64,000 bases of DNA from Alphaproteobacteria bacterium (GCA_965232515.1 CBDDPY010000002.1:3200001-3264000), one strand, 5' to 3'. Positions 1-9,526 are shown, counted from the stretch's first letter. Numbers and translations are program-made. Notes: generated from the sequence alone by a model not told the origin.

Positions 1-70
1 CGCGCGCCCAGAAGGCCTGCATGGCCCGTTGCAGGGCTTGATCGATGTCGAACTGCTTCTCCCAGGGCAT
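1..70 (-). CDS. TetR/AcrR family regulator, N-terminal fragment (runs off left edge)
   Basis: Not in the ORF track. Reverse complement of 1-70 reads MPWEKQFDIDQALQRAMQAFWAR, a typical TetR helix-1 start similar to the neighbouring TetR (EFDPAEALDKAMHLFW); GGAG RBS on the minus strand at 77-80. Confidence 0.8.
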   Translation of the reverse strand, partial: MPWEKQFDIDQALQRAMQAFWAR

Positions 71-158
71 GGAAGGCTCCTGTTTCGGATACGCTAGCGA
101 GTTTGGAACGATCGATCAATATGCATTCGACCTCTTGACGTTGGATAACTCGTTCCCA

Positions 159-187
159 TTTCATAGCGAACGATTTGAAAAAGGAGA
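159..187. promoter_or_regulatory. Putative TetR operator overlapping the RBS (copy 1)
   Basis: TTTCATAGCGAACGATTTGAAAAAGGAGA, nearly identical to 790-817 upstream of the next gene. Confidence 0.55.
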
Positions 188-193
188 CCAGCC

Positions 194-775
194 GTGGGAC
201 GGCCGCGTGAATTCGACCCCGCCGAGGCCCTGGACAAGGCCATGCATCTGTTCTGGTCGAAGGGCTATTTCGACACCTCGATCCGCGACCTGGTGGCGCG
301 AACCGGCGTCAACTATTACGGCCTCTACGACGCCTTCGACAGCAAGCACGGCCTGTTCCTGGCGGCACTGGACCACTATCGCGACACGGTGACGCGCGAC
401 ATCGGCGCGGCCTTGCGCGATGCCGAGCCCGGCCCCGACGCCATCGCTGCGGCGCTGACGACCGCCCGCGACCGGGTGCAGGCGGAAGAACCGGATTCCG
501 GCTGCCTGATGTGCAACACGGCCATCGAGCTGGCGCCGCACGACGCCGAGGCGGCCGGGAAAGTGCAGACGCATATGACGATGATGCGCGAGGCCTTCGA
601 GGCGGTCCTGCGCGAGGCGCAGGCGGCAGGGACGATCACGGCCGACAAGGATGCGGCGGCGCTGGCCGAGTTCTTCGCGACGACGACCTATTCGATCGGC
701 CTGCTGCTGCGCGCCGGCTGCGGCCAGGACATGGTCGACCGCCATATCCGCACCGCGCTTTCCGTACTCGACTGA
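194..775 (+). CDS. TetR/AcrR family transcriptional regulator (NemR/ComR-like)
   Basis: GRPREFD...FWSKGY..TSIRDL...LYDAFDSKHGLF HTH; C-terminal GCLMCN motif; AGGAG RBS before a GTG start. Confidence 0.92.
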   Translation: MGRPREFDPAEALDKAMHLFWSKGYFDTSIRDLVARTGVNYYGLYDAFDSKHGLFLAALDHYRDTVTRDIGAALRDAEPGPDAIAAALTTARDRVQAEEPDSGCLMCNTAIELAPHDAEAAGKVQTHMTMMREAFEAVLREAQAAGTITADKDAAALAEFFATTTYSIGLLLRAGCGQDMVDRHIRTALSVLD

Positions 776-789
776 TTTTTTTTGACCTT

Positions 790-817
790 TTTCATATCGA
801 ACGATCAGAAAAGGAGA
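790..817. promoter_or_regulatory. Putative TetR operator overlapping the RBS (copy 2)
   Basis: TTTCATATCGAACGATCAGAAAAGGAGA, matches 159-187. Confidence 0.55.
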
Positions 818-824
818 TCACGCC

Positions 825-1376
825 ATGCCCCATCTCAGCTATGCCCAGCATTTCCAGGGCGTCGCCGACCTGTTCCTGCGCGATCCCGAGCGCTACGGCT
901 CGATGCTGCAATTCATCGAAAACGTGATGACGCGGGCGTCGGAGCTGTCGAAGTCGGACCGCGAGCTGCTGGCCGCGCACGTCTCGCATCTGAACGGTTG
1001 CGGCTTTTGCGTCGGCGCGCACCGGGCGACGCTCGCCAGCATGAACGTCGCGGCGGACGCGATCGACGGCGCGGTCGAGGACACGCCGTCGGCGACGGAT
1101 GCGAAACTCCAGACACTGCTGGACTTCGCCGGCAAGCTCACAAGGACGCCGGCGGCGATCACGGCCGGCGACATCGCGGACCTGCGCCTCGCCGGCTGGT
1201 CGGAGCAGGCGATCGAGGACGCGATCAACGTCATCGCGCTGTTCGGCTACGTCAACCGCCTGGTCGACGCCGTCGGCATCGAGGGCAACGACGCCTACTT
1301 CGCCCATGTCGGCCGCGCGATCGCCACGCAAGGCTACGCGCCCCTCATCAAAACGGCGCTGCAGAAGGCCGGTTAG
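825..1376 (+). CDS. AhpD/carboxymuconolactone decarboxylase family peroxidase-related protein
   Basis: RELLAAHVSHLNGCGFCVGAH (CxxC...H) and C-terminal LFGYVNRLVDA motif. Confidence 0.88.
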   Translation: MPHLSYAQHFQGVADLFLRDPERYGSMLQFIENVMTRASELSKSDRELLAAHVSHLNGCGFCVGAHRATLASMNVAADAIDGAVEDTPSATDAKLQTLLDFAGKLTRTPAAITAGDIADLRLAGWSEQAIEDAINVIALFGYVNRLVDAVGIEGNDAYFAHVGRAIATQGYAPLIKTALQKAG

Positions 1377-1410
1377 CACAGACATGAACGCGTCGCATAC
1401 GGCCCCTACC

Positions 1411-1477
1411 CGTCATGCCGGCGAAGGCCGGCATCAAGACGGCACCAACCATGGATCCCGGCCTACGCCGGGATGAC
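1411..1477. repeat. REP-like palindrome doublet (GTCAT...GATGAC type)
   Basis: CGTCATGCCGGCGAAGGCCGGCATC (1411-1435) and inverted partner ATGGATCCCGGCCTACGCCGGGATGAC (1451-1477), each a hairpin, intergenic. Confidence 0.75.
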
Positions 1478-1544
1478 CGAGGACGAAAGATCTGACGACA
1501 GCGGCCGAATAAGCGGTCGCGAACAAGGGAAAGGAGACCCAACC

Positions 1545-1961
1545 ATGACCGATACGCTGCAATGGGACGTCCGCGGCGAGAGCTTCGAGGACGGCAGCCG
1601 CTTGAGCGACTGGCGCAAGGTCGAGGAGAGCGGCGTCTGGCACTGGCAGTACGACACGCACGAGCTGAGCTTCGTGATCTACGAGCACGACGGCCAGTTC
1701 TGGAAGCTCTACCGCGCCCGCTTCGTGCGGCCCGGCGAGGCCGTGCACGGTTTCGACTGGGGTGGCCAGGCCTGCCGCATGGCGCACGTCGAATACACGA
1801 CCCGCGCCGGCTCGCCGCATTCCAACCGGCTGATGAACAAGGGCGACCGCGAGTGGGTGCGGACCTACGAGGTCGATCCGGCGATCCACAGCGTGCTTCG
1901 GGCCGGCCGGCCGGACCCGAAATACGGCGCGCCCTATGGTCCGAAACGGGTCGCCGCCTGA
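1545..1961 (+). CDS. Hypothetical protein, Trp/Tyr/His-rich
   Basis: Strong AAGGAG RBS before ATG 1545; sits in the operon; no motif recognised. Confidence 0.8.
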   Translation: MTDTLQWDVRGESFEDGSRLSDWRKVEESGVWHWQYDTHELSFVIYEHDGQFWKLYRARFVRPGEAVHGFDWGGQACRMAHVEYTTRAGSPHSNRLMNKGDREWVRTYEVDPAIHSVLRAGRPDPKYGAPYGPKRVAA

Positions 1962-1976
1962 CCGGGAGCCACGATC

Positions 1977-2714
1977 ATGACCAAACCGGTTGCTCTGATT
2001 ACCGGCGTCGGCGACGCCACGGGCGCGTCGCTCGCCCGCCGTTTCGCCGCCGGCGGCTATCGCGTCGCCATGGTGGCGCGCAACGCCAAACGTTTGGCGG
2101 CGCTGGAAGCCGAGATCGACGGCGCCAAAGCCTTCGTCTGCGACATCGGCGATCTCGACGCGCTGACGGCGACCATCGACGCCGTGCGCGCTGATATGGG
2201 CAAGCCAGAGGTGCTGGTGCACAACGCCGTCGCGGCGACCTTCAAGGGTTTCCTCGAGGCCGATCCGACGGAGCTCGAGCGCAATTTCCGGGTCAACACC
2301 ACCGCCCTGCTTTATCTGGCCCGGGCGCTGGCGCCCGACATGATCGCCGCCGGCAACGGCGCGATCATGGTGACGGGCAACACGGCGGCGCACCGCGGCG
2401 TGCCCAAATACGCGCTGTTCGCACCGAGCAAAGCGGGACAGCGCGTGCTGGCGGAAGCGCTTGCCCGCGAACTCGGACCCCAGGGCGTGCACGTGGCCTA
2501 CATCACCATCGACGCCGCCATCGACGTGACCTGGATCGGCACCGATGTCGAAAAGCCGTCCTGGCTGACCCCGCCCGACGACTGGAGCGAGGCGCGTGAG
2601 GACTACTACGCTCAGCCAGCGGCGATCGCCGACGAGGTTTTCCATGTCGCGCACCAGCATCGTTCGACCTGGAGCTTCGATCTGGTGATCCGGCCCTTCG
2701 CCGAGACCTGGTGA
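1977..2714 (+). CDS. Short-chain dehydrogenase/reductase (SDR)
   Basis: ITGVGDATG Rossmann motif, VHNA, MVTGNTAA, FAPSKAGQR (YxxxK with Phe, atypical subgroup), GVHVAY. Confidence 0.9.
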   Translation: MTKPVALITGVGDATGASLARRFAAGGYRVAMVARNAKRLAALEAEIDGAKAFVCDIGDLDALTATIDAVRADMGKPEVLVHNAVAATFKGFLEADPTELERNFRVNTTALLYLARALAPDMIAAGNGAIMVTGNTAAHRGVPKYALFAPSKAGQRVLAEALARELGPQGVHVAYITIDAAIDVTWIGTDVEKPSWLTPPDDWSEAREDYYAQPAAIADEVFHVAHQHRSTWSFDLVIRPFAETW

Positions 2715-2732
2715 CAAGGGAGGAGACGAGCC

Positions 2733-3440
2733 ATGCAGTTGTCGCTGACACCGTTCCTGGTCGCCGTCGAGTTGGGATTTCTGTTCGTGATCGCCTGGCG
2801 CGTTCGGAGACCGGCCGTCTACGTCTATCTGGCATGGCTCGCGGTCTACGCGATCGTCACCAGCGTGCTCGGCGCCCGCGGCGTGTATGTGACCGACGGC
2901 TTAATGAAGACACTTCCGGGGCTCTGGCTTCAGGTCATCACGGTTGCCGCGGCGGTTGTGCCGGTGATCCTGTTCGCCGGCGTGCGGCAGGGCTTGCGCG
3001 ATATCGTCGACGCGACGCCGTGGCATTGGTTCGCCTATTTCCACGGCCTGCGGCTGACGGCGCTGGGCACGGCCTACAAAACCTGGACCGGCGAGTTCCC
3101 GGCCTATTTCGAATACCTCGTCGGCGTGCCCGACCTGCTGTTCGCGATCTCAGCGTTCTGGATCGCGGCGCGGGCAAAGCGCGGCGAGATCAGCGCGCAA
3201 GCCTTCATGGTCTGGAACCTGATCGGCGCGCTGGTCATCGTGCCGGCGGCGCCGATCGTGCTGCAGCTCGGGTTGCCGGGACCGCTGCAGGTCTTCACCA
3301 GCCTGCCGGACGCTCGTGCGGTCTTCACCTATCCCATGTCGATCGCGCCGATGATCGGCGTGCCGCTGTTCGTGCTGGTCAACCTGCTGGTCGCCTGGCG
3401 TCTGTGGGAACGGCGCTTCACGACGGCGGTAACACCCTGA
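2733..3440 (+). CDS. Hypothetical polytopic membrane protein
   Basis: Several hydrophobic segments; GGAGGAG RBS; operonic spacing. Confidence 0.8.
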   Translation: MQLSLTPFLVAVELGFLFVIAWRVRRPAVYVYLAWLAVYAIVTSVLGARGVYVTDGLMKTLPGLWLQVITVAAAVVPVILFAGVRQGLRDIVDATPWHWFAYFHGLRLTALGTAYKTWTGEFPAYFEYLVGVPDLLFAISAFWIAARAKRGEISAQAFMVWNLIGALVIVPAAPIVLQLGLPGPLQVFTSLPDARAVFTYPMSIAPMIGVPLFVLVNLLVAWRLWERRFTTAVTP

Positions 3441-3557
3441 CAGGCTCGTCGCCATCCCCCGCCGGCAACCGCGCGGCGAAAGACGAGCCGACCGGCCGCG
3501 GCTAGCGTGCCGCCCCGGCCTTCGCGCGAAAACCGGCACAGAAACGGAGTTGAGATC

Positions 3558-4010
3558 ATGCCAATCGTTGATTTGACCGTTGCCGAAGGCACCCTGCCGG
3601 AGAAGAAGCGCGAGAAGCTGCTGGACAAGGTTGGGCGTATCGCCATCGACTACGAGGGCCTGTCGGGCAGCAAGTTCGCCGAGGCGTTCACCTGGGTTTA
3701 CCTGCACGAGCTGCCGGCGACACATGTGAGCCAGATTTCCGGCACGCCGCCGAAGCCGCTCTATCGCTTCACCTTCACGACGCTGCAGACGCTGCTCGAC
3801 AACGACAGCAAGCATCGGTTGGGCGAGGACGTGGCGCGCGCGGTCTACGAGATCGAGGGCGCCGAATGGAACGAGGACGAGGCCTATAACCGGGTCTGGG
3901 TCTTCTTCGACGACTACCGTCAGGGCGACTGGATCGTCGGCGGACGGATCAACAACATCAAGGCGCTGCGTGCCGAAGTGGAAAAGGAGCGCGCGAAGGC
4001 CGCAGCGTGA
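3558..4010 (+). CDS. Tautomerase superfamily protein (double-length, Pro-1)
   Basis: Begins M-P-I-V-D-L (catalytic N-terminal Pro); two beta-alpha-beta units ending TWVYLHE and VWVFFDD...WIVGG; GGAG RBS. Confidence 0.8.
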   Translation: MPIVDLTVAEGTLPEKKREKLLDKVGRIAIDYEGLSGSKFAEAFTWVYLHELPATHVSQISGTPPKPLYRFTFTTLQTLLDNDSKHRLGEDVARAVYEIEGAEWNEDEAYNRVWVFFDDYRQGDWIVGGRINNIKALRAEVEKERAKAAA

Positions 4011-4024
4011 CCTCGATCGGCCGG

Positions 4025-4053
4025 GCGGGGTGCGGGCATCGAACGCACCCCGC
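4025..4053 (+). terminator. GC-rich hairpin after the tautomerase (possible terminator)
   Basis: GCGGGGTGCG / CGCACCCCGC perfect 10-bp stem; no clear U tract. Confidence 0.35.
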
Positions 4054-4258
4054 TCGCCGACACGATCGCCCAAGACAAGCGTTGCCGAAAAAGCAACGGG
4101 GCAGTGAAAAAATAGCGCTTTCTTAGAACGCTCCGCGGGTTCACCATTTTGCCAATCGAACGGATGGCGCGCGGGGTTCCGCGGTGCGCGCGCCAAGATC
4201 CGGATCGGATCGATGTCTTGTTCAAACGATAGCTCATGCGCGCTGGGGAGGCGAAAAC

Positions 4259-5305
4259 ATGGCACGCGAAACATCCTGTTCGTCGGCACGGAGCCGTCGT
4301 GACGTTCTAAAGCTGGGCACGGCGCTGGGCGGCATCGCCGCGACGTCGTCGCTTATCGGCGTGGAAGCGCTGGCGGCGGGCGAAGCCAAGGTCAACATGC
4401 AGCTCGGCTGGCTCGCCAGCAACGGCATCATGGGCGAGGTCGTGGCCAAGCGCATGGGCTTCTATGCCGAGGAAGGCATCGAGCTGGAGGTGACGCCGGG
4501 CGGTCCGGGCGTCGACGGCGTCGCCTCGGTGGCGGCGGGCCGGGCGCAGGCCGGTCAGTTGTCGTCGAGCCCGTCGTTGATGCTGGCGCGTTCGGCCGGC
4601 ATCCCGGTGAAAGCCTTCGCCGCCGGCTACCAGAAGCACCCCTTCACGTATTTCTCGCTGGCCAAGGACCCGATCCGCACGCCGAAGGACATGATCGGCA
4701 AGACCATCGCAACGCAGCCGACGGCGGTGATCCTGCTGAAAGCGCTGCTGGCCCAAAACGGCATCGCCGAGGATCAGGTCGAAGTCGTGAAGATGGGCAG
4801 CGACATGAACCAGCTGATGACGGGCCAGGCCGCCGCAGTGACCGGCTGGCAGACCAACACCAACGCCTTGAAAATTCTCGGCGAGGACCGCGTCGACATG
4901 ATGCTGTGGGACGCCGGCATCCAGCTCTACGCCAACGTCTACTACACGACTGACGACATGCTGGCGCAGCACAAGGACGTGCTGGTGCGTTATCTAACCG
5001 GCTCGGCCCGCGGCTGGGACTATGCCCGCAAGAACCCCGAGGCCGCCGTCGACCATCTGGTGGCGGAGTATCGCAACCTCGATCGCGACAGCGAGCTGGA
5101 AGCGGTGAACCCGGTGCTCGGCTTCTCGTTCAACGAGACCACGGCGAAGGACGGCTGGGCGGCGATGAACCCGGAGAACTGGCAGGCGCAGATCGACATC
5201 TACGCCAAGCTCGGCCAGTTCAAGGGCGACGTGCCGTCGGTCGGGGATGTCATGACCACTGATGTGCTGGCGGCGACGGAAGGCCTGCGCAGGCAGATCG
5301 GATGA
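4259..5305 (+). CDS. ABC transporter substrate-binding protein, NMT1/THI5 (SsuA-like) family, Tat signal
   Basis: RRDVLK twin-arginine motif; QLGWL...GFYAEEGIELEVTPGGPG; IRTPKDMIGKTI. Confidence 0.88.
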   Translation: MARETSCSSARSRRDVLKLGTALGGIAATSSLIGVEALAAGEAKVNMQLGWLASNGIMGEVVAKRMGFYAEEGIELEVTPGGPGVDGVASVAAGRAQAGQLSSSPSLMLARSAGIPVKAFAAGYQKHPFTYFSLAKDPIRTPKDMIGKTIATQPTAVILLKALLAQNGIAEDQVEVVKMGSDMNQLMTGQAAAVTGWQTNTNALKILGEDRVDMMLWDAGIQLYANVYYTTDDMLAQHKDVLVRYLTGSARGWDYARKNPEAAVDHLVAEYRNLDRDSELEAVNPVLGFSFNETTAKDGWAAMNPENWQAQIDIYAKLGQFKGDVPSVGDVMTTDVLAATEGLRRQIG

Positions 5306-6129
5306 GCCCGCCGGCCGTCGCCACGGCGGCGGACGCCATGCCGGCCGACGCCGCCGATGCTGCCGCCACCGCCATCGCCGTTTCCGACCTGACGGTCCGG
5401 TTCTCGGGCGAGGCCGGCACCGTGACGGCGCTCGACCGCGTCAGCTTCGACGTGCCGGCCGGTGGCTTCGTGACCATGCTGGGACCGTCGGGCTGCGGCA
5501 AGTCGACGCTGCTGCGGGCGATTGCCGATCTGGCGCCGATCAGCGATGGCGCAATCTCGGTGTTCGGGCGCACGCCCGAGGAAGCACGGCTGGCCCGCGA
5601 CTTCGCCTTCGTGTTTCAGGACGCGACGCTGCTGCCCTGGCGCAGCGCCATTGACAACGTGCGTCTGCCATTGGAAGTGGGGCGCGGCGTCGAGGCGGTC
5701 GAGCAGCATGCCGAACCGGACGAACTGCTGGCGCTGGTCGGGCTTGCCGGCCGCGAAGACGCCTTGCCGCACGAGCTGTCGGGCGGCATGCGCCAGCGGG
5801 TCGCCATCGCCCGGGCGCTGGTCTGCCGGCCACGGGTGCTGCTGATGGACGAACCGTTCGGCGCGCTCGACGAGATCACCCGCGACAAGCTGAACGAGGA
5901 GCTGCTGCGGATCTGGCAGGAGACCGGGACGACGATCATCTTCGTCACCCATTCGATTCCCGAGGCCGCCTTCCTGGGCCAGAAGACGCTGGTGCTGTCG
6001 GCCCATCCCGGCCGCGTGCGCGACTATGTCGAGACCGCGTTCGAGGGCCCGCGCAAGCTGGCGCTGCGCGACACGCTGGAGTTCGTACAGGTCACCGCGC
6101 ACTTGCGGCAATTGCTGGAGGGCGCGTGA
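5302..6129 (+). CDS. ABC transporter ATP-binding protein (TauB/SsuB-like)
   Basis: GPSGCGKS, LSGGMRQR, LLMDEPFGALD. Confidence 0.95.
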   Translation: MSPPAVATAADAMPADAADAAATAIAVSDLTVRFSGEAGTVTALDRVSFDVPAGGFVTMLGPSGCGKSTLLRAIADLAPISDGAISVFGRTPEEARLARDFAFVFQDATLLPWRSAIDNVRLPLEVGRGVEAVEQHAEPDELLALVGLAGREDALPHELSGGMRQRVAIARALVCRPRVLLMDEPFGALDEITRDKLNEELLRIWQETGTTIIFVTHSIPEAAFLGQKTLVLSAHPGRVRDYVETAFEGPRKLALRDTLEFVQVTAHLRQLLEGA

Positions 6130-6953
6130 TGGCGAGCGTCGACAGCAACGCCGCCTGGTCGGACACCGACGCGGGGAAGGCGAAGACGAAACGCCGCGAC
6201 GTCTGGCGCCGGCGGGCGCCGGCGATCTTGGCCGCCGTCGGTCTGCTGCTACTGTGGCAGCTGATCGTCGCCGGCTTCGGCGTGCCGACCTATATCGCGC
6301 CGAGTCCGATCCAGGTGCTGGAGGTGTTCGTCACACAAGGCGACATCCTGTGGCTGAACTTCTGGCCGACGCTGCTAGAGGCGGTGTCGGGCTTCATCGT
6401 CGGTAATACGGTGGCCGTGCTGCTGGCGGTCTGGTTCGTGCACAACCAGCTGGCCGAACGCGCCTTCTATCCGATCGCGGTGTTTATCAACACCATCCCG
6501 ATCATCGCCATCGCGCCGATCCTGGTGCTGATCCTGGGCAACGGCTACGCGCCGAAGATCGTCATCGCGGCGCTGATCTGCTTCTTCCCGACGCTGGTCA
6601 ATATGGTGCGCGGGCTGAAGGCGGTGAACCCGCAGATGCTGGAACTGATGCGGGTGCTGTCGGCGAGCGAGCGGGAGGTGCTGTGGAAGATCCGGCTGCA
6701 GAGCTCGCTGCCGTTCCTGTTCGCGGCGCTGAAGATCGCGTCCACGACCTGCGTGATCGGCGCCATCGTCGGCGAATGGATCGGCTCGAACTACGGGCTC
6801 GGCTCGCTGATCATCGAGGCCACCTACAACTTCCGCTCGCCGCTGCTCTACGCCACCGTGATCCTGGGCGCGGGCCTGGCGGTGACGGCCTTCAGCATCA
6901 CGACACTGGTCGAGCGGCGGGTTCTGAAATGGAAGCCCGCCGACGTCTATTGA
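6126..6953 (+). CDS. ABC transporter permease (SsuC/TauC-like)
   Basis: Hydrophobic; PIIAIAP, FFPTLVN, GAIVGEWIG..GLG motifs. Confidence 0.92.
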   Translation: MMASVDSNAAWSDTDAGKAKTKRRDVWRRRAPAILAAVGLLLLWQLIVAGFGVPTYIAPSPIQVLEVFVTQGDILWLNFWPTLLEAVSGFIVGNTVAVLLAVWFVHNQLAERAFYPIAVFINTIPIIAIAPILVLILGNGYAPKIVIAALICFFPTLVNMVRGLKAVNPQMLELMRVLSASEREVLWKIRLQSSLPFLFAALKIASTTCVIGAIVGEWIGSNYGLGSLIIEATYNFRSPLLYATVILGAGLAVTAFSITTLVERRVLKWKPADVY

Positions 6954-6975
6954 GCCCGATTGATGGAGAGAGTTT

Positions 6976-8337
6976 ATGCCAACCCCGCATAGTGTGATCC
7001 GCCCGCAGTCAGATGCGCCCGTCGTCGCCCAATCCGACGTGGTCGTGGTCGGTGGCGGCCCGGCCGGCATCTCGGCCGCCGTTTCGGCGGCGCGCAACGG
7101 CGTCTCGGTGACGCTGGTCGAGCGCTATCCCTATCTCGGCGGCCTGGCCTCGGGCGGCATGGTCCTGGTGCTGGACGACATGCACAACGACACCGAGATC
7201 TCGGTGCGGGGCCTCGCCATGGAGATGATCGAGCGCATGGCGCGGCGCGGCCTCTGCGTCTATCCGCCCGACGCCGACCGCGACCCGCAGGTGCGGCAGA
7301 GCCAGGAGATGTGGCGCAAATGGTCGCGCTGGGGTCTGTTCGACTTCCACACGCAGTCGAAGCCGCATCCCGTGATCTTCGCGGCCGCCTTCGACCCCGA
7401 CGGCTTCAAGCAGGCGGCGATCGACATGGTCGGCGAGGCCAAGATCGAGCTGAGGCTGCATAGCTGGTTCACCTCGACGATCACCGAGGACGGCCGCGCC
7501 AAGGGCGTCATCGTGCAGACCAAGGAAGGCCCGCAGGCTGTTCTGGGCGACGTGGTGATCGACGCCTCGGGCGATCTGGACGTGGCGGCCGACGCCGGCG
7601 CCGCCTATGCCGAGGGCGCCTATATCGTGACCACGGTGACGCGCATGGGCGGCGTCGACACCGAGGCGGCGGCGCGCTTCGAGTTCGAGGAACCGGAACG
7701 CTTCGCTGCGCTGGACCGGCAGGCGAAGCGCATCATCAAGGGCTGCTGGCAGCACTGGTGGCTGAAGACGCCGCTGCCGGGCATTGTCTGGTGCAACTGT
7801 CCGCACATGACCGGCTTCGACGGATTGAAAGTCGCCGACCTGACCGCGGCCGAGTTCGAGGGTCGCCGCCGGATGCAGGCGCTGTTGGACTTCGCGCGCG
7901 AGAACATGCCCGGCTTCGAAAACGCCTATTTCGTCGATTTCGCGCCGCAGACCGGCGTGCGCCAGACCCGCCTGCTGGAGGGCGACTATGTCGTCACCAA
8001 GGAGGACGTGGTCAACCGCGTGCACTTCCACGACACGGTCTGCCGCGGCCGCGACTACTACACGCCCTACCGCGCCCTGCTGCCGAAGCAGGTGGACCAG
8101 ATGCTGGTCGCCGGCCGGCACTATTCGGCGACGCCGTCGGCGCAGAAGATCAGCCGCGAGATCCCGCCCTGCATGGCCATGGGCGAGGCCGCGGGCATCG
8201 CCGCGGCGCTGGCGCTGAACGCCGGCAGCACCGTGCGCGAGGTCGACGCGCGGGCGATCCAGAAGCAGATGCGCGCCCAAGGCGCCGATCCCGGCGATCA
8301 ACCGGCGGCGAATGCGCAGACGACGGAGGCGGCCTGA
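6976..8337 (+). CDS. FAD-dependent oxidoreductase (FAD_oxidored family)
   Basis: DVVVVGGGPAG, LGGLASGG, IDASGDLD, PYRALLP, VAGR, MAMGEAAG. Confidence 0.9.
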   Translation: MPTPHSVIRPQSDAPVVAQSDVVVVGGGPAGISAAVSAARNGVSVTLVERYPYLGGLASGGMVLVLDDMHNDTEISVRGLAMEMIERMARRGLCVYPPDADRDPQVRQSQEMWRKWSRWGLFDFHTQSKPHPVIFAAAFDPDGFKQAAIDMVGEAKIELRLHSWFTSTITEDGRAKGVIVQTKEGPQAVLGDVVIDASGDLDVAADAGAAYAEGAYIVTTVTRMGGVDTEAAARFEFEEPERFAALDRQAKRIIKGCWQHWWLKTPLPGIVWCNCPHMTGFDGLKVADLTAAEFEGRRRMQALLDFARENMPGFENAYFVDFAPQTGVRQTRLLEGDYVVTKEDVVNRVHFHDTVCRGRDYYTPYRALLPKQVDQMLVAGRHYSATPSAQKISREIPPCMAMGEAAGIAAALALNAGSTVREVDARAIQKQMRAQGADPGDQPAANAQTTEAA

Positions 8338-9506
8338 TGACCGAGGGAACGGACATGGCGCTGCCGCTCACCGGCGTGCGGGTGATCGACTTCACGCAAG
8401 TCATGCTGGGGCCGTGCTGCACCCAGATGCTGGGCGATTACGGCGCCGACGTGATCAAGATCGAGAAGACCAAGGTTGGCGACCTGTCGCGCTGGAGCGT
8501 CGGCGAGGATCCCGATGGCCTGAACAATCCGGTCTTCGCCAGTCTGAACCGTAACAAGCGCAGCCTGGCGCTGGACCTGAAGGCCGAAGCCGACCGTGCG
8601 GTGGTGCTGCGATTGCTGGAGACGGCCGACGTCGTGGTCAACAACTTTCGGCCCGGCGTGATGGAGCGGATGGGCTTCGGCTACGAAACGCTGAAACGCC
8701 TCAACCCGCGCATTATCTATGCGGTCGGCACCGGCTTCGGCCTGGACGGGCCCTACGTGCACAAGGGCGGCCAGGACGTGCTGGCGCAGGCCATGAGCGG
8801 CGCCATGCACCGGCGCGCCGATCCCGAATTGCCGCTGTCGGTCTATCCGACGGCGCTTGCCGACTATGCCGCCGGCATGCATCTGGTGCAGGGCATCCTG
8901 CTGGCGCTGCTGCAGCGCGACAAGACCGGCGAGGGCCAGCAGGTCGCGGTCTCGCTCTACAACTCGATGCTGGCCATGCAGATGCAGGAAGCGGCCGTCG
9001 CGATGATGCGCGGGCGCGAATTGAACTGGGCGGCGATGCCGCTGTCGGGCGTGTTCGAGACCACCGACGGCGCTGTTGTGATGGTCGGCGCCTTCAAGGT
9101 GAACCCGTTGCAGGACATCTGCGCCGCGCTCGACCTCGATGATCTTTCCAAGAAGCCGGAGTTCGCCGACCTGGAACAGCAGAAGGCGCATCGGGCCGAG
9201 CTGCAGGCGATCTTCTGCGAGCGCTTCGCGCAAGAGAGCACGGCGCACTGGCTGGCGCGGCTGGACGAGGTCGACATCCTCTGCGCGCCGGTGAAGTCAC
9301 TCGACGAGGCGTTGGCCGATCCGCAGACCGCGGTGAACAACATGATCGTCGAGCTGGCGCCGACGGCCGGCGGGCCGGTGCGCCTGGTCGCCTCGCCTAT
9401 CGACATGTCGGCCGCGCCCTTCGCCGTGCGCCAGCCGCCGCCGCAACTAGGTGAGCATGGCGATGCGATCCTGGCCGAGCTGAGCCAGGGCGCTGATGCC
9501 GCGTAG
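8337..9506 (+). CDS. Family III CoA-transferase (CaiB/BaiF)
   Basis: PLTGVRVIDF, GADVIKIE, NRNKRSLALDLK, NFRPG; ATG overlaps the upstream TGA. Confidence 0.93.
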   Translation: MTEGTDMALPLTGVRVIDFTQVMLGPCCTQMLGDYGADVIKIEKTKVGDLSRWSVGEDPDGLNNPVFASLNRNKRSLALDLKAEADRAVVLRLLETADVVVNNFRPGVMERMGFGYETLKRLNPRIIYAVGTGFGLDGPYVHKGGQDVLAQAMSGAMHRRADPELPLSVYPTALADYAAGMHLVQGILLALLQRDKTGEGQQVAVSLYNSMLAMQMQEAAVAMMRGRELNWAAMPLSGVFETTDGAVVMVGAFKVNPLQDICAALDLDDLSKKPEFADLEQQKAHRAELQAIFCERFAQESTAHWLARLDEVDILCAPVKSLDEALADPQTAVNNMIVELAPTAGGPVRLVASPIDMSAAPFAVRQPPPQLGEHGDAILAELSQGADAA

Positions 9507-9526
9507 ACACAAAGAAAGACCGTTGC

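Noticed and set aside
7758-8336. N-terminal extension of the CoA-transferase ORF (582 aa)
   Set aside because: Overlaps the FAD oxidoreductase in another frame; family similarity starts at the ATG at 8337.
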